Part shown: positions 8,164 to 17,143 of the stretch, piece after piece
Layout of the letters: the number at the start of each line of letters is the position of its first letter
Numbering within the stretch: position 1 is the first letter of the stretch
NCBI GenBank assembly: GCA_913043225.1
Contig: CAJWLU010000034.1
Coordinates: forward strand, 1-24,793
Direction of reading: 5' to 3'
Length of the DNA: 24,793 bases
Source of the DNA: an uncultured Acidobacteriota bacterium
GTDB lineage: Bacteria > Acidobacteriota > Vicinamibacteria > Vicinamibacterales > UBA8438
Notes under the pieces: model-generated
What the model saw: the letters and a program-made list of their open reading frames with translations, nothing else
Databases searched by the model: none
Told to the model about the DNA's origin: nothing
Program-made: the position numbers and the translations under genes

Positions 8164-10058
8164 ATGGGGTGCTCGGCTCTGCACCGGATCGTTCTCGCAC
8201 TGTTCGTCGGGGCGTGTCGATGTCCTGTGATCGCCAGGCGACGACTCCTTTCGAATCGGATGCCATCATGCCGCACGGATCTGATGCCCACTCCTACGCT
8301 ACCCCGGACCAGATCGTCGTTCGTCACCTCGACCTCGACTGGGACGTGCGCTTCGACGATCGGACCCTGGAGGGTAGCGCCACGCTGCAGGTCGAGCGAG
8401 TCGTGCCAGACGCCGCCGAGCTCCGGCTCGACACGAGGGATCTGACCGTCAGCTCGGTGGAGCAGTCGAGCGCCGACGGGACTTGGCGTGCGGCCGCGTT
8501 CATCCTCGGCGAGGCGGACCCGGTGCTTGGTGCGGGGCTCCGGATCACCCTGGACGCCGATGCCACACGAGTGCGTATCAGTTATCGCACCAGCGTGGGG
8601 GCCTCGGGGGTCCAGTGGCTGGAGCCGTCACAAACCGCCGGCGGTGAGCATCCGTTCATGTTCACGCAGTCGCAGGCCATCCACGCCCGCAGCTGGATCC
8701 CGCTGCAGGACACGCCCGGAGTCCGGGTGACCTACACCGCCACGGTTCGTACGCCGCCTGCCCTCCGCGCGGTGATGAGCGCGGACACCGATCTCGACGC
8801 GCCGTCCGATGGTGAGTTCCGGTTCGAGATGCGGCAGTCGATTCCGTCGTATTTGATCGCTCTGGCCGTCGGCGCTCTCGAGTTCCGGGCTATGAGCCAC
8901 CGGACCGGGGTGTGGGCCGAGCCGTCGGTGGTCGAAGCCGCCGCGGCCGAGTTCGACGACACCGAAGCGATGATGGTGGCAACCGAGCGGCTCTACGGAC
9001 CGTATCGGTGGGAGCGCTACGACCTGCTGGTCCTGCCGCCGAGTTTTCCGTTTGGTGGTATGGAGAACCCGAGGCTGACCTTCGCCACTCCGACCGTGAT
9101 CGCCGGAGACAAGAGCCTGGTGGGTTTGGTCGCACACGAGCTAGCGCACTCCTGGTCGGGCAACCTGGTGACCAATGCCAGCTGGCGCGACTTCTGGCTG
9201 AACGAAGGGTTTACGGTGTATCTGGAGCGCCGGATCCTTGAGGCGGTTTTCGGACCCGAGCGGGTGGCGATGGAGGCGACGCTCGACTGGCAGACCCTCG
9301 CCGAGGAACTGGATCGGCTTCCGCCTGCCGATCAGGTGCTGCACGTCGACCTTACCGGACGCGATCCCGACGACGGTTTTACCCAGGTGCCGTATTTGAA
9401 GGGAGAGCTGTTTCTTCGACGGATTGAAGAGGTGACGGGTCGGGAGCGTTTCGACCGGTTCTTGCGCGGCTACTTCGACCACTTCGCGTTCCAGAGCATC
9501 GCCACAGCCGATTTCGTCACCTACCTCGACGAGCACCTCGAGGATGCCGACATACGTGCCGCGATCGATGTCGAACGATGGATCGAAGAGGCGGGATTGC
9601 CGGATGACGCGCCCACAAGCGAGTCGGACATGCTCGTCCGGGTGGCTACCTTGGCGGGCGAGTGGGTCGCGGGCGAGCGGGAGGCGTCGACATTGTCCGC
9701 CGCGGAGTGGACCACGCAGGAGTGGCTCCACTTTCTCCGTTCGCTCCCGCCCAATCTGTCGGCCGCTCAGCTTGGCGAGCTTGATGCTGCCTTCGGACTC
9801 ACCGAGGTTGGCAACGCGGAGGTGGCGCACGCCTGGCTGCTGATCGCTGTCTGCAACCAGTACGAGCCGGCTTGGTCACGGCTCGAGCGGTATCTCGTCG
9901 AAATTGGTCGACGGAAACTGATTAAACCACTCTACGACAAGCTCGTCACGACGCCGGAAGGGCGCGTCCGTGCGGCCGCTATCTACGAGCGCGCACGGCC
10001 AGGCTATCATCCGATCGCGGTCGCTTCGATTGACGAAGTTGTCCGCGCCAGCGAGTGA
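8164..10058 (+). CDS. M1-family zinc aminopeptidase (leukotriene A4 hydrolase-like); probable frameshift at 8209-8212, otherwise starts at ATG 8220 or 8268
   Basis: FTQSQAIHARSWIP, exopeptidase motif GGMEN, zinc motif HELAH-x18-E (WLNEGF), VPYLKG, C-terminal GRRKLIKPLY. A signal-peptide-like stretch from ATG 8164 is one frame off. Confidence 0.92.
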
Positions 10059-10207
10059 GGACTTTATGCACCTGCTCGAGACATCGCTCAATGCGAACAG
10101 CGTTGGCGTCGTATTTCCAGGCCCGTCAGGCGACCCTGGTCACTCCGATGGTGGCGTTTCGCCAGGACGACCGAGTGGCGGGTGGTCGGGCCGCCGCTGA
10201 CCTGCGC

Positions 10208-10462
10208 CTACTGGGTGACGGCCTCTTCTTCTTCGTCGTCCTTCGGTTCGAACTCCGCGAGGCCCTCGATCTGCCAGTCGCTCATGGGCTGGGGACCCGC
10301 CACGATACCGTCCAGGTCTGGATCGGTTCCGGGCGGCGGCGGCGGGGCGGCATCGCGCCGCTCCTTGGCCTCTTGTCGGCGCGCGTCCTTTATCTTGCGC
10401 TGTTCCTGCCGGGCGCGCTCACGTTGCCGTTTCTGCTGAGTCGGTCGTCCGCGTGTTGCCAT
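10208..10462 (-). CDS. Small highly charged hypothetical protein (84 aa)
   Basis: Strong RBS AGGAGGTG before ATG 10462; basic N-terminus (KRQRERARQEQRKIKDARR), poly-Pro, DPDLDGIVAGPQP, acidic tail. Confidence 0.8.
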   Translation of the reverse strand: MATRGRPTQQKRQRERARQEQRKIKDARRQEAKERRDAAPPPPPGTDPDLDGIVAGPQPMSDWQIEGLAEFEPKDDEEEEAVTQ

Positions 10463-10605
10463 ATACGCACCTCCTGTGGCGAGATGAGGCCCTGCCGGAG
10501 CAGACGTAGGGGTCTGTCAAGAGCGACGCGCTGTGGGGAAAGCGTGTTGGAAGACCCATCGGCTCCGAGGTCCAACCACCCGGGGCCAGCTCGATTTCCA
10601 GCCTC

Positions 10606-10643
10606 TAGAATATCACGACACGGAGGGTCGGCAGGACTATAAT
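10606..10643. promoter_or_regulatory. Divergent -10 elements for the small protein (minus) and the DedA gene (plus)
   Basis: Minus-strand TGATATTCT at 10607-10615; plus-strand TAGAAT 10606-10611 and TATAAT 10638-10643 in an otherwise GC-rich spacer. Confidence 0.45.
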
Positions 10644-10675
10644 CTCGCCGTCACCTCGACCTGGTCATCGTTTTC

Positions 10676-11260
10676 ATGGACGCATTGCGCGATAGTCTGC
10701 TGACCCTCGGTCTCCCCGGGCTGTTTCTGATCGCCATGTTCGATTCGGCCGGGATCCCGCTGCCCGGTGGGGTCGACATCGTCTTGATGCTGCTGGCCTG
10801 GCAGCAGCCGTCGTTCTTTCTCCTGGTGGCGTTCATCGCGTCCGTGGGTTCCACCCTAGGCTGTCTGGTGCTCTACCGGATCGGCCGGACCGGCGGAGAG
10901 GTTGCGGTGCGGCGGCTCGACCCGGAGAAGGTCGAGCGGGTGACCGCCAAGGTTCGCGAAAACGACGTGGCGGCCGTGACGGTGGCGTTGCTCGCGCCGC
11001 CGCCCTTTCCTACCAAGGTGTTCATGTTGGTGGCGGGCCTAGTCGGCATGCCGTGGCCTCGTTTCGTGGCGGCTGTCTTCGTGGCCCGGATGATCCGGTT
11101 CAGTGCTGAAGCGTATCTGGCCGTCCGGCTGGGTGACCGCGCCCTCGAGGCGCTCCAAGAGAACTACCCGCTGGTGGGGGCCGTTCTGCTCGGCGCCGTC
11201 CTGCTCTATGTCGCGATACAGTGGTTCCGCGGACGCAGCGCCCAGGCCGCGATCTCCTGA
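10676..11260 (+). CDS. DedA/VTT-domain (YqaA-like) membrane protein
   Basis: 194 aa, multiple TM segments, DSAGIPLPGGVD, GSTLGCLVLYRIGRTGG, PPPFPTKVF, RMIRF. Confidence 0.88.
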   Translation: MDALRDSLLTLGLPGLFLIAMFDSAGIPLPGGVDIVLMLLAWQQPSFFLLVAFIASVGSTLGCLVLYRIGRTGGEVAVRRLDPEKVERVTAKVRENDVAAVTVALLAPPPFPTKVFMLVAGLVGMPWPRFVAAVFVARMIRFSAEAYLAVRLGDRALEALQENYPLVGAVLLGAVLLYVAIQWFRGRSAQAAIS

Positions 11261-11552
11261 GATAGCGTCCCGCTACGGCTGTCCGTGGTCCTAATCGGTG
11301 GTCGTCGGCAATCATTCCCCTCGGCGACTTGCCGCAGCTGGCGTCGGCAGTGCGTTCCGACCTGGGCGATTCGCGGTCTGTCGCAGCTAGGTCAAAAGCA
11401 TCTGTTTATCCGGCGGCTAAGACCCGCTTGGCGTTTGCCGCCGACGAGCTTAGAAGACGTGACCTCGGCGCCCGGAAAGACGTAAGATCCGGCCACACTC
11501 GCCGCGATCGCGGCGCGCTTCAGCGTCGCGATTCTCCCGAAAGGAACCAGCC

Positions 11553-12272
11553 ATGCGGACCGCACTTTCCATGATTCTTCTGATTGCCGCCGGCTGTTTC
11601 CTGATCGCGTGTGGTCAGGGCGGAACCGGGGGCGCCGGCTTGGGTGGATCTTCGTCCGCGCCGATGTCGGACGGCGTGCCCGAAACCGACGACCAGCGGA
11701 TTCTGAACGCATTGGGGCAGGCGCTGGCCCAGAACGTGATACCGGCCGGACTGACGGCCGACGAGCTCGCCTACGTGCAGCGCGGGCTAAGTGATGCGGT
11801 GCTGGGTGCAGAAGCGTTGGTCGCGCTGAACGAGTTCGGCCCGCAGATCCAGGGCTTCGTGGAGGCCCGGGTCGCCGTCGCCTCCGAGGGCGAGCTCGAG
11901 CTGGCGAATGCCTTTATCGAGGAGCAGGCGGCCATCGCTGGTGCGGTGCGCACCGACTCGGGCATCGTCATCCAGGAGATGACGGCCGGGACCGGCACCA
12001 CCCCCACCGCCGCCGACACTGTCCGGGTCCACTACCACGGCACCCTCCGGGACGGCACCGTGTTCGACAGCTCGGTCGACCGCGGTGAGCCTGCGACCTT
12101 CGGCTTGAGCCAGGTCATTCCCTGCTGGACCGAGGGACTGCAACAGATCGCTGTCGGCGGAAAGAGCAAGCTCATCTGCCCGCCCGACCTCGCCTACGGT
12201 CCCCAGGGCCGTCCCGGCATCCCCGGCAACGCCGCGCTCCTCTTCGAGGTTGAGCTTTTGGCGATCGAGTAG
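11553..12272 (+). CDS. FKBP-type peptidyl-prolyl cis-trans isomerase (FkpA/Mip type), probable lipoprotein
   Basis: VRVHYHGTLRDGTVFDSS, VIPCWTEGLQ, PPDLAYG, IPGNAALLFEVELL; lipobox LIAC; AAAGGA RBS. Confidence 0.95.
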   Translation: MRTALSMILLIAAGCFLIACGQGGTGGAGLGGSSSAPMSDGVPETDDQRILNALGQALAQNVIPAGLTADELAYVQRGLSDAVLGAEALVALNEFGPQIQGFVEARVAVASEGELELANAFIEEQAAIAGAVRTDSGIVIQEMTAGTGTTPTAADTVRVHYHGTLRDGTVFDSSVDRGEPATFGLSQVIPCWTEGLQQIAVGGKSKLICPPDLAYGPQGRPGIPGNAALLFEVELLAIE

Positions 12273-12281
12273 GGTGCCGGT

Positions 12282-15134
12282 CTACCGGTCGTGACTCACC
12301 TCGACCGGTTCACCCAAGCCTAGCTCGGCAATCTGGCTGAGCTGGGTCTCGGCGTCCCCCACCACGACGTAGATCATCTGGTCCTCGTCCAAGTGTGTCG
12401 TAATCGTTTCGCGGAAGTCGGTGAGCGTCATCGAGAGCAGTGTCTCCTGATCCCGCTCGACAAAGTCAGCCGGCTTGCCCAGCCGGCTCATTTGTCGCAG
12501 TAGCCCTAGCTTGGCGCCGAGTGACTCGAATGCGCGAGTGTTGCCCTTGATTACCTGGTTTGTGGTGACAGTTACGTCCGATTCGGTGAACGTGTCGGCG
12601 TAGTTGCGAATCTGGTTTTGTAGCAAGCTCAGCGACTCGAGGGTGACGTTGGCTCTGACGCTCGTTTGTGCCACCCAGGGTGCTATTTCGCGCGTGGTGC
12701 CGATGCTTGACCGTGCTCCGTAGGTATAGCCCTTCTCGATCCGGAGTAGCTGGAACAGCCGTCCGCTCGAGCTGCCGCCGATCCGCTCGTTGGCGAAGTC
12801 CAGTCGGATCCACTCGTCGTCTTCCGCCGACAGCGCCAGCCGGCCAGCCATCAGTACGGATTGCTTGGCGTCTTGCACGTCCACGAAGTAGATGCGACCC
12901 GACTCGGCCGATGTTGGGGTTGGCTGCGGCGGCTGATCAACCGGTTTTGACGCCCAGTCCGTGCTCAGCTCCGCGAGAGCACCCTCTACGTCTTGCCGAT
13001 TCACGGCGCCGGCCACGTGGAAGGTTGCGAGCGACGGCGAGAACACACGTTCGTAGTAATTCTGCAGGTTGGCCAGGGTGATGTTGGCAGTCGTTGCCGG
13101 GGTGCCGGCCGGCGGCGTACCGAATGCGTGGTCGTCGCCATAGAGCAGGCGATAGAAGACGTCGCTGGCGATGGCAGGCGGGCTCGACTCTCGGTCCTTT
13201 AAGCGCGTAGCCAGTTCTCGGGTGAGACGTTCGAATTCATCCTCGTCCCACCGCGGCCTGAGGAGCATCTCGCCGACCAGAGTCATCGTCTGCTCGAACG
13301 TCCGGGCCAGCGTGCTGCCGCTCAGGCGAATTGTTTCCCGACCGGCCGAGATGTTGATCCGCGCGCCCAGCAGATCGATGGCTGCCTCGAGTTCGGCCGG
13401 CGAGCGGCGGGCGGTGCCTTCCTGCAAGAGCGAGGCGAGTAGTCCGGCCACGCCCGTTCTGCCGTCTGGATCCTGCAGTTGGCCTCCGGGGATCGTGAGA
13501 TCGAACTCGACGAGCTCGCTCTCGCGATGCTCGATGCCGTACAGCTCCAGACCGTTGTCGAGCCGACTCTGCCAGACCTCCGGGGCGCTGGCGAGCGGCG
13601 GGTCACCCAGTGGCGGCTCCGACCGGTCCGCCTCGGTTGGCGTGCGGCGGTAGCGCGCTTCTTCACCCTGGCTGACCTCGGCCTCGGCGCCCTGGAGAAT
13701 CTCCTCTTCGACCACGCGGGCCCGTTCGGCGCCCTCGAGCGCCAGCTCCGGGCGACCGCGCGGCACGAAGCTGGTCATGATGCGCGGCCGGTCCTTGATG
13801 TACCGCTGGTACGCCCCCATGATTTCCTCGGCGGTCACCGCTTCAGTCCGGTCCGCGATGGTGGCGATGTGGTTGGGGTCGCCGGCGAACTCGTTCCCTT
13901 CCGCCAGCTCGAACGCCTTGTCGAGCACGCTGCCGATCCGTTCGTGCAGGCTACGTTCGGCCTGCACTTTGACCCGTGCCAGTGCCTCGGCGTCGATGCC
14001 GCCCTGCTCGAATCTGGCGAGGGCCTCGTCGACGGCGACCACGACGCTGTCGAGGTCGGTGTCGCCGCCGGCGCGCACCCTGAACACGAGCTCGCCGGCG
14101 ATCTCGGCCGCACGATGTCCAACCACAACAGCCGGCGCCAGCCGCTGCTCCTCCACGACCACCTGATAGAGCGGCGACTCTCGGCTGTCAGCCAGCAGGC
14201 TCGCCAGTAGGTCTAGCGTGTAGTGGTCCTCGTGAAATTGCTCAACGGTGGGGAAGACCAACTGCAGCTCAGGCAGGGTAGCGAATGTGTCTTCGTACAT
14301 CAGCGACCGCGTGGCCTTGAGATAGACCGGCTGCGGGTAGGGTGCGGTCACCGTGGGACCCTGCCGGATCTCGCTGAACCAGTATTCGACCAGCCGCTTC
14401 GTTTCCCCGATCTCGATGTCTCCGGCAATCACGAGCGTGGCGTTGTTGGCGCCGTAGAGCCGTGTGTAGAACGACTGCACGTCTTCAAGCGTAGCGCTCT
14501 GCAGGTCGTCGAGCGACCCGACCACGGTCCAGTGATACGGATGATTTTCGGGATAGAGTGCTGCCTGTTGGACGGCTCGGGTGTGGCCGTAGGGCGCGTT
14601 GTCGACCCGCTGCCGCTTCTCGTTCTTGACGACCTGTTTCTCACGTTCCAGGGCGGCCTCGGTTACGGTGTTGATCATGAAGCCGAGCCTGTCAGAGTCG
14701 ATCCAGAGGATCTTCTCGAACGCGTCCTTGGGTACCACCTCGTAGTAGATGGTCATGTCCTGGCTGGTACCGCCGTTGCGGGTGCCACCCAGTTCGGGGA
14801 TTAGCTTTCGATTGGCGCCGCGTGGGACGTTCTCCGAGTCGTTGAACGACATGTGCTCGAAAAAGTGCGCAAATCCGGTGCGGCCGAGTCGTTCGCGGCT
14901 CGAACCCACGTGGACGATGGTGGCCACGGCCACGATCGGATCGGAGTGGTCCTCGTGGAGCACCACCTCGAGTCCGTTGTCCAGGGTGTAGCGTTCGTGG
15001 GCCAGCTCGGGAAAGGTGCTGGTCGGCGTAGGCTCGACCGGCGGGGATGGGGTGTCGCAGCCCGTGACCAGTAGCACGGTCAACAGCGTTGGGCAGACGA
15101 GAAAGAACCAGCGTCGGGCATCAGGTCTGAGCAC
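12282..15134 (-). CDS. M16-family (pitrilysin/insulinase) zinc protease, fused two-half type, probable lipoprotein
   Basis: Inverted zinc motif GFAHFFEHM, EKQVVKNEKRQR, second-half RIEKGYTYGA. Start moved to GTG 15134 (GGAG upstream), which gives a signal peptide ending LVTG-C. Confidence 0.92.
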   Translation of the reverse strand: MLRPDARRWFFLVCPTLLTVLLVTGCDTPSPPVEPTPTSTFPELAHERYTLDNGLEVVLHEDHSDPIVAVATIVHVGSSRERLGRTGFAHFFEHMSFNDSENVPRGANRKLIPELGGTRNGGTSQDMTIYYEVVPKDAFEKILWIDSDRLGFMINTVTEAALEREKQVVKNEKRQRVDNAPYGHTRAVQQAALYPENHPYHWTVVGSLDDLQSATLEDVQSFYTRLYGANNATLVIAGDIEIGETKRLVEYWFSEIRQGPTVTAPYPQPVYLKATRSLMYEDTFATLPELQLVFPTVEQFHEDHYTLDLLASLLADSRESPLYQVVVEEQRLAPAVVVGHRAAEIAGELVFRVRAGGDTDLDSVVVAVDEALARFEQGGIDAEALARVKVQAERSLHERIGSVLDKAFELAEGNEFAGDPNHIATIADRTEAVTAEEIMGAYQRYIKDRPRIMTSFVPRGRPELALEGAERARVVEEEILQGAEAEVSQGEEARYRRTPTEADRSEPPLGDPPLASAPEVWQSRLDNGLELYGIEHRESELVEFDLTIPGGQLQDPDGRTGVAGLLASLLQEGTARRSPAELEAAIDLLGARINISAGRETIRLSGSTLARTFEQTMTLVGEMLLRPRWDEDEFERLTRELATRLKDRESSPPAIASDVFYRLLYGDDHAFGTPPAGTPATTANITLANLQNYYERVFSPSLATFHVAGAVNRQDVEGALAELSTDWASKPVDQPPQPTPTSAESGRIYFVDVQDAKQSVLMAGRLALSAEDDEWIRLDFANERIGGSSSGRLFQLLRIEKGYTYGARSSIGTTREIAPWVAQTSVRANVTLESLSLLQNQIRNYADTFTESDVTVTTNQVIKGNTRAFESLGAKLGLLRQMSRLGKPADFVERDQETLLSMTLTDFRETITTHLDEDQMIYVVVGDAETQLSQIAELGLGEPVEVSHDR

Positions 15135-15154
15135 TTGATCTCCAGCCACTGTCT

Positions 15155-15160
15155 TACCAT
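15155..15160 (+). promoter_or_regulatory. Possible -10 element (TACCAT) 6 nt before GTG 15167
   Basis: TANNNT match at leaderless spacing in the 32-bp divergent gap; it overlaps a minus-strand TATGGT. Confidence 0.4.
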
Positions 15161-15166
15161 AGAGAG

Positions 15167-15685
15167 GTGACCTGTCGGGGGATGCTCGTGGTGGCGCTAC
15201 TGCTGGCGACGACCCAGCCGGGGGCGGCCCAGCTTGCGGCTGACCAGCACTGGCCACAGTTCCGTGGCCCAGCCGGTCGTGCGATTGCTGACGGGGCGGA
15301 GCTGCCCGACAGCGAGCAGGTCGCCTGGTTCCAGCCCAGCGGCATGCCCGATGTGCCGTCACCGCTGGTCTATCGCGGGCGTCTCTATTCGATCTTCGAC
15401 AACGGTATCCTCAACGTCTTCGACACGTATACCGGTCAACGGGTCTACCGCAAGCGGGTCGGTGGCGGCGGCAGTGGTTTCTCGGCGTCGCCCTGGGCTG
15501 CCGATGGCAAGGTGTATCTGTTGAGCGAAGAGGGCGACACGTTCGTCATCGCCGCCGGCGACAGCTACGAGGAGCTGGCGGTGAACGGCCTCGACGAGCT
15601 GGCCTTTGCCTCGCCCGCGGTGGCTGACGGAGCGCTCTTCATACGAACCATGACTAAGCTGTATCGAATAGAGGCGATGCCGTGA
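15167..15685 (+). pseudogene. PQQ-like/BamB-type beta-propeller gene; ORF is open but appears internally deleted
   Basis: Signal peptide and the family N-terminus HWPQFRGP...ELPD join directly to family C-terminal blades (VPSPLVYRGRLY, GFSASPWAADGKVY, ASPAVADGALFIRT...LYRI). Only 172 aa, far too short for a full propeller. Confidence 0.7.
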
Positions 15686-16794
15686 CCGTACGTCACGCTT
15701 TGGTCGCGATCGTGCTGATTGGCGCGGCCGCCTGCGGTGGGCCCCCGCCCGAGGTCGTCGTGCTGCGCGCGCCTGACGGCGCCTCACTACCGCAGATGGT
15801 CATCGACGAGGCCGGTGTGCTGCAGCTTATCTACTACACCGGTTCGATGAGCAGCGGAGATCTCTGGCACGTCAGTCGGGCGCCCGAAGACGACGACTGG
15901 TCACCGCCCAGGCGGGTCAACAGTACCCCGCACTCAGTGCATGGTCTGGGTCCCATCGACGGAGGCCAGCTGGCCATCGGTCCGGACGGCCTTCTGCATG
16001 CCACCTGGTTCCACAAGGATCCCAACCGGTTCTTTTACGCCCGTACCGACCACACCGGTATGTTCCAGGAGCAGCAGACGCTCTCCATGCACGACGAGTT
16101 GGGCATCGAGGCGGCTCCGACGGTGGCGGTGGATCATGAGGGCAACGTCTATGTCTTCTGGCACTCCGGAAAGGGAGAGGAAGCCGGCCGCCGGGTGCAC
16201 CTGGCCGTCTCGCGAAACAACGGCGTGTTCTTTGATCTGCCCCGGCCGGTGAGCCCGCCAGAGCATGGCGCGTGCGGCTGCTGTGGCCTCAGCGCCTCGG
16301 TTGATCATGACGGCGTGCTCCGGACCGCGTATCGGGCCGCCGGCGGGAACATCCATCGGAGCATGCGGCTGCTGACCAGCGTCGACCAGGGACGCACTTT
16401 CGAGGACACGCTCATCCAGCCGTGGGAGATCGGCGCTTGCCCGGTGGCCACCACTACGTTCGCGGTCGGAGCCGAGCGGACGATGGTGGCGTGGGAGACC
16501 CAGGGCCAGGTACACGTGGCCGATGTGGCCTCGCTCGGAGAGCCTTTCTCTCCGCCGGGCGAGGGCGCGTTCCGGAGGAAGAACCCGACCGTGGCGACAA
16601 ACGAGGCAGGTGACCTCCTGCTCGCCTGGGGCGACGGTCCCGGTTATCAGTCCGGTGGTGCCTTTCACTGGCAGCTGTTCGACCGCTGGGGCGGCGCCGT
16701 CGGCGGGCCGGCCGGCGGCCACGATCCGATCCCGGCCCGCAGTGTGCCAACCATGGCGAGCTACCCCGACGGTTCGTTCGTAATTGTGTACTAG
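15682..16794 (+). CDS. Asp-box (BNR/sialidase-like) beta-propeller lipoprotein with CGCC and ACP motifs
   Basis: Lipobox AAAC; Asp-box-like VSRNNGVFF and TSVDQGRTF; GACGCCG and WEIGACP; GTGA overlap with the upstream gene. Confidence 0.78.
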   Translation: MTVRHALVAIVLIGAAACGGPPPEVVVLRAPDGASLPQMVIDEAGVLQLIYYTGSMSSGDLWHVSRAPEDDDWSPPRRVNSTPHSVHGLGPIDGGQLAIGPDGLLHATWFHKDPNRFFYARTDHTGMFQEQQTLSMHDELGIEAAPTVAVDHEGNVYVFWHSGKGEEAGRRVHLAVSRNNGVFFDLPRPVSPPEHGACGCCGLSASVDHDGVLRTAYRAAGGNIHRSMRLLTSVDQGRTFEDTLIQPWEIGACPVATTTFAVGAERTMVAWETQGQVHVADVASLGEPFSPPGEGAFRRKNPTVATNEAGDLLLAWGDGPGYQSGGAFHWQLFDRWGGAVGGPAGGHDPIPARSVPTMASYPDGSFVIVY

Positions 16795-17143
16795 AGTTGC
16801 TGTAGGCCGATCCGCAGGGTTAGAGCCCAGCCCTCCAGAACCAAGAGAGAACTCCCAAAACCCGAAGCGCCGGTAGGCGGCCTGCGGCAGCTACGATCGC
16901 CTAGCTTGCCGGCTTTGACCTGGAGACTGCGTCATTCGAAGCGCGCGCCGGGTCGGGGCCGCTGGCGCGCCGAAAGGTGCGTGGGCGAGCGGCCGAGTGA
17001 CGACAGACCTGTCACAAGCCATTCTCCTGGCTCGAGCGCATGCGTGGTGCGAGGCGAGACTGAAAAGTGAAAGGTTTTGTCCCGCGCCGGTGTCCGGGTG
17101 AACTACGCTAGATGGTCCGAGTTTCGGGATCAAAGGAGGTGTT

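Noticed and set aside
15135..15362. N-terminal extension of the M16 ORF to 15362, and similar extensions at 3707, 8088, 18567 and 24762
   Set aside because: Extensions overlap neighbouring genes or promoters and are low-information; internal starts have an RBS and/or give proper signal peptides.
16957..16994. Resemblance of the GAAA-capped hairpin to group II intron domain V
   Set aside because: Stem lengths and bulge do not fit domain V, and no domain VI, GUGYG 5' end or reverse transcriptase ORF was recognised.
17023..17032. Minus-strand AGCCAGGAGA resembling the 3' end of a cobalamin riboswitch
   Set aside because: Not followed by CCTGCC, upstream conserved elements are absent, and no gene lies downstream on that strand.
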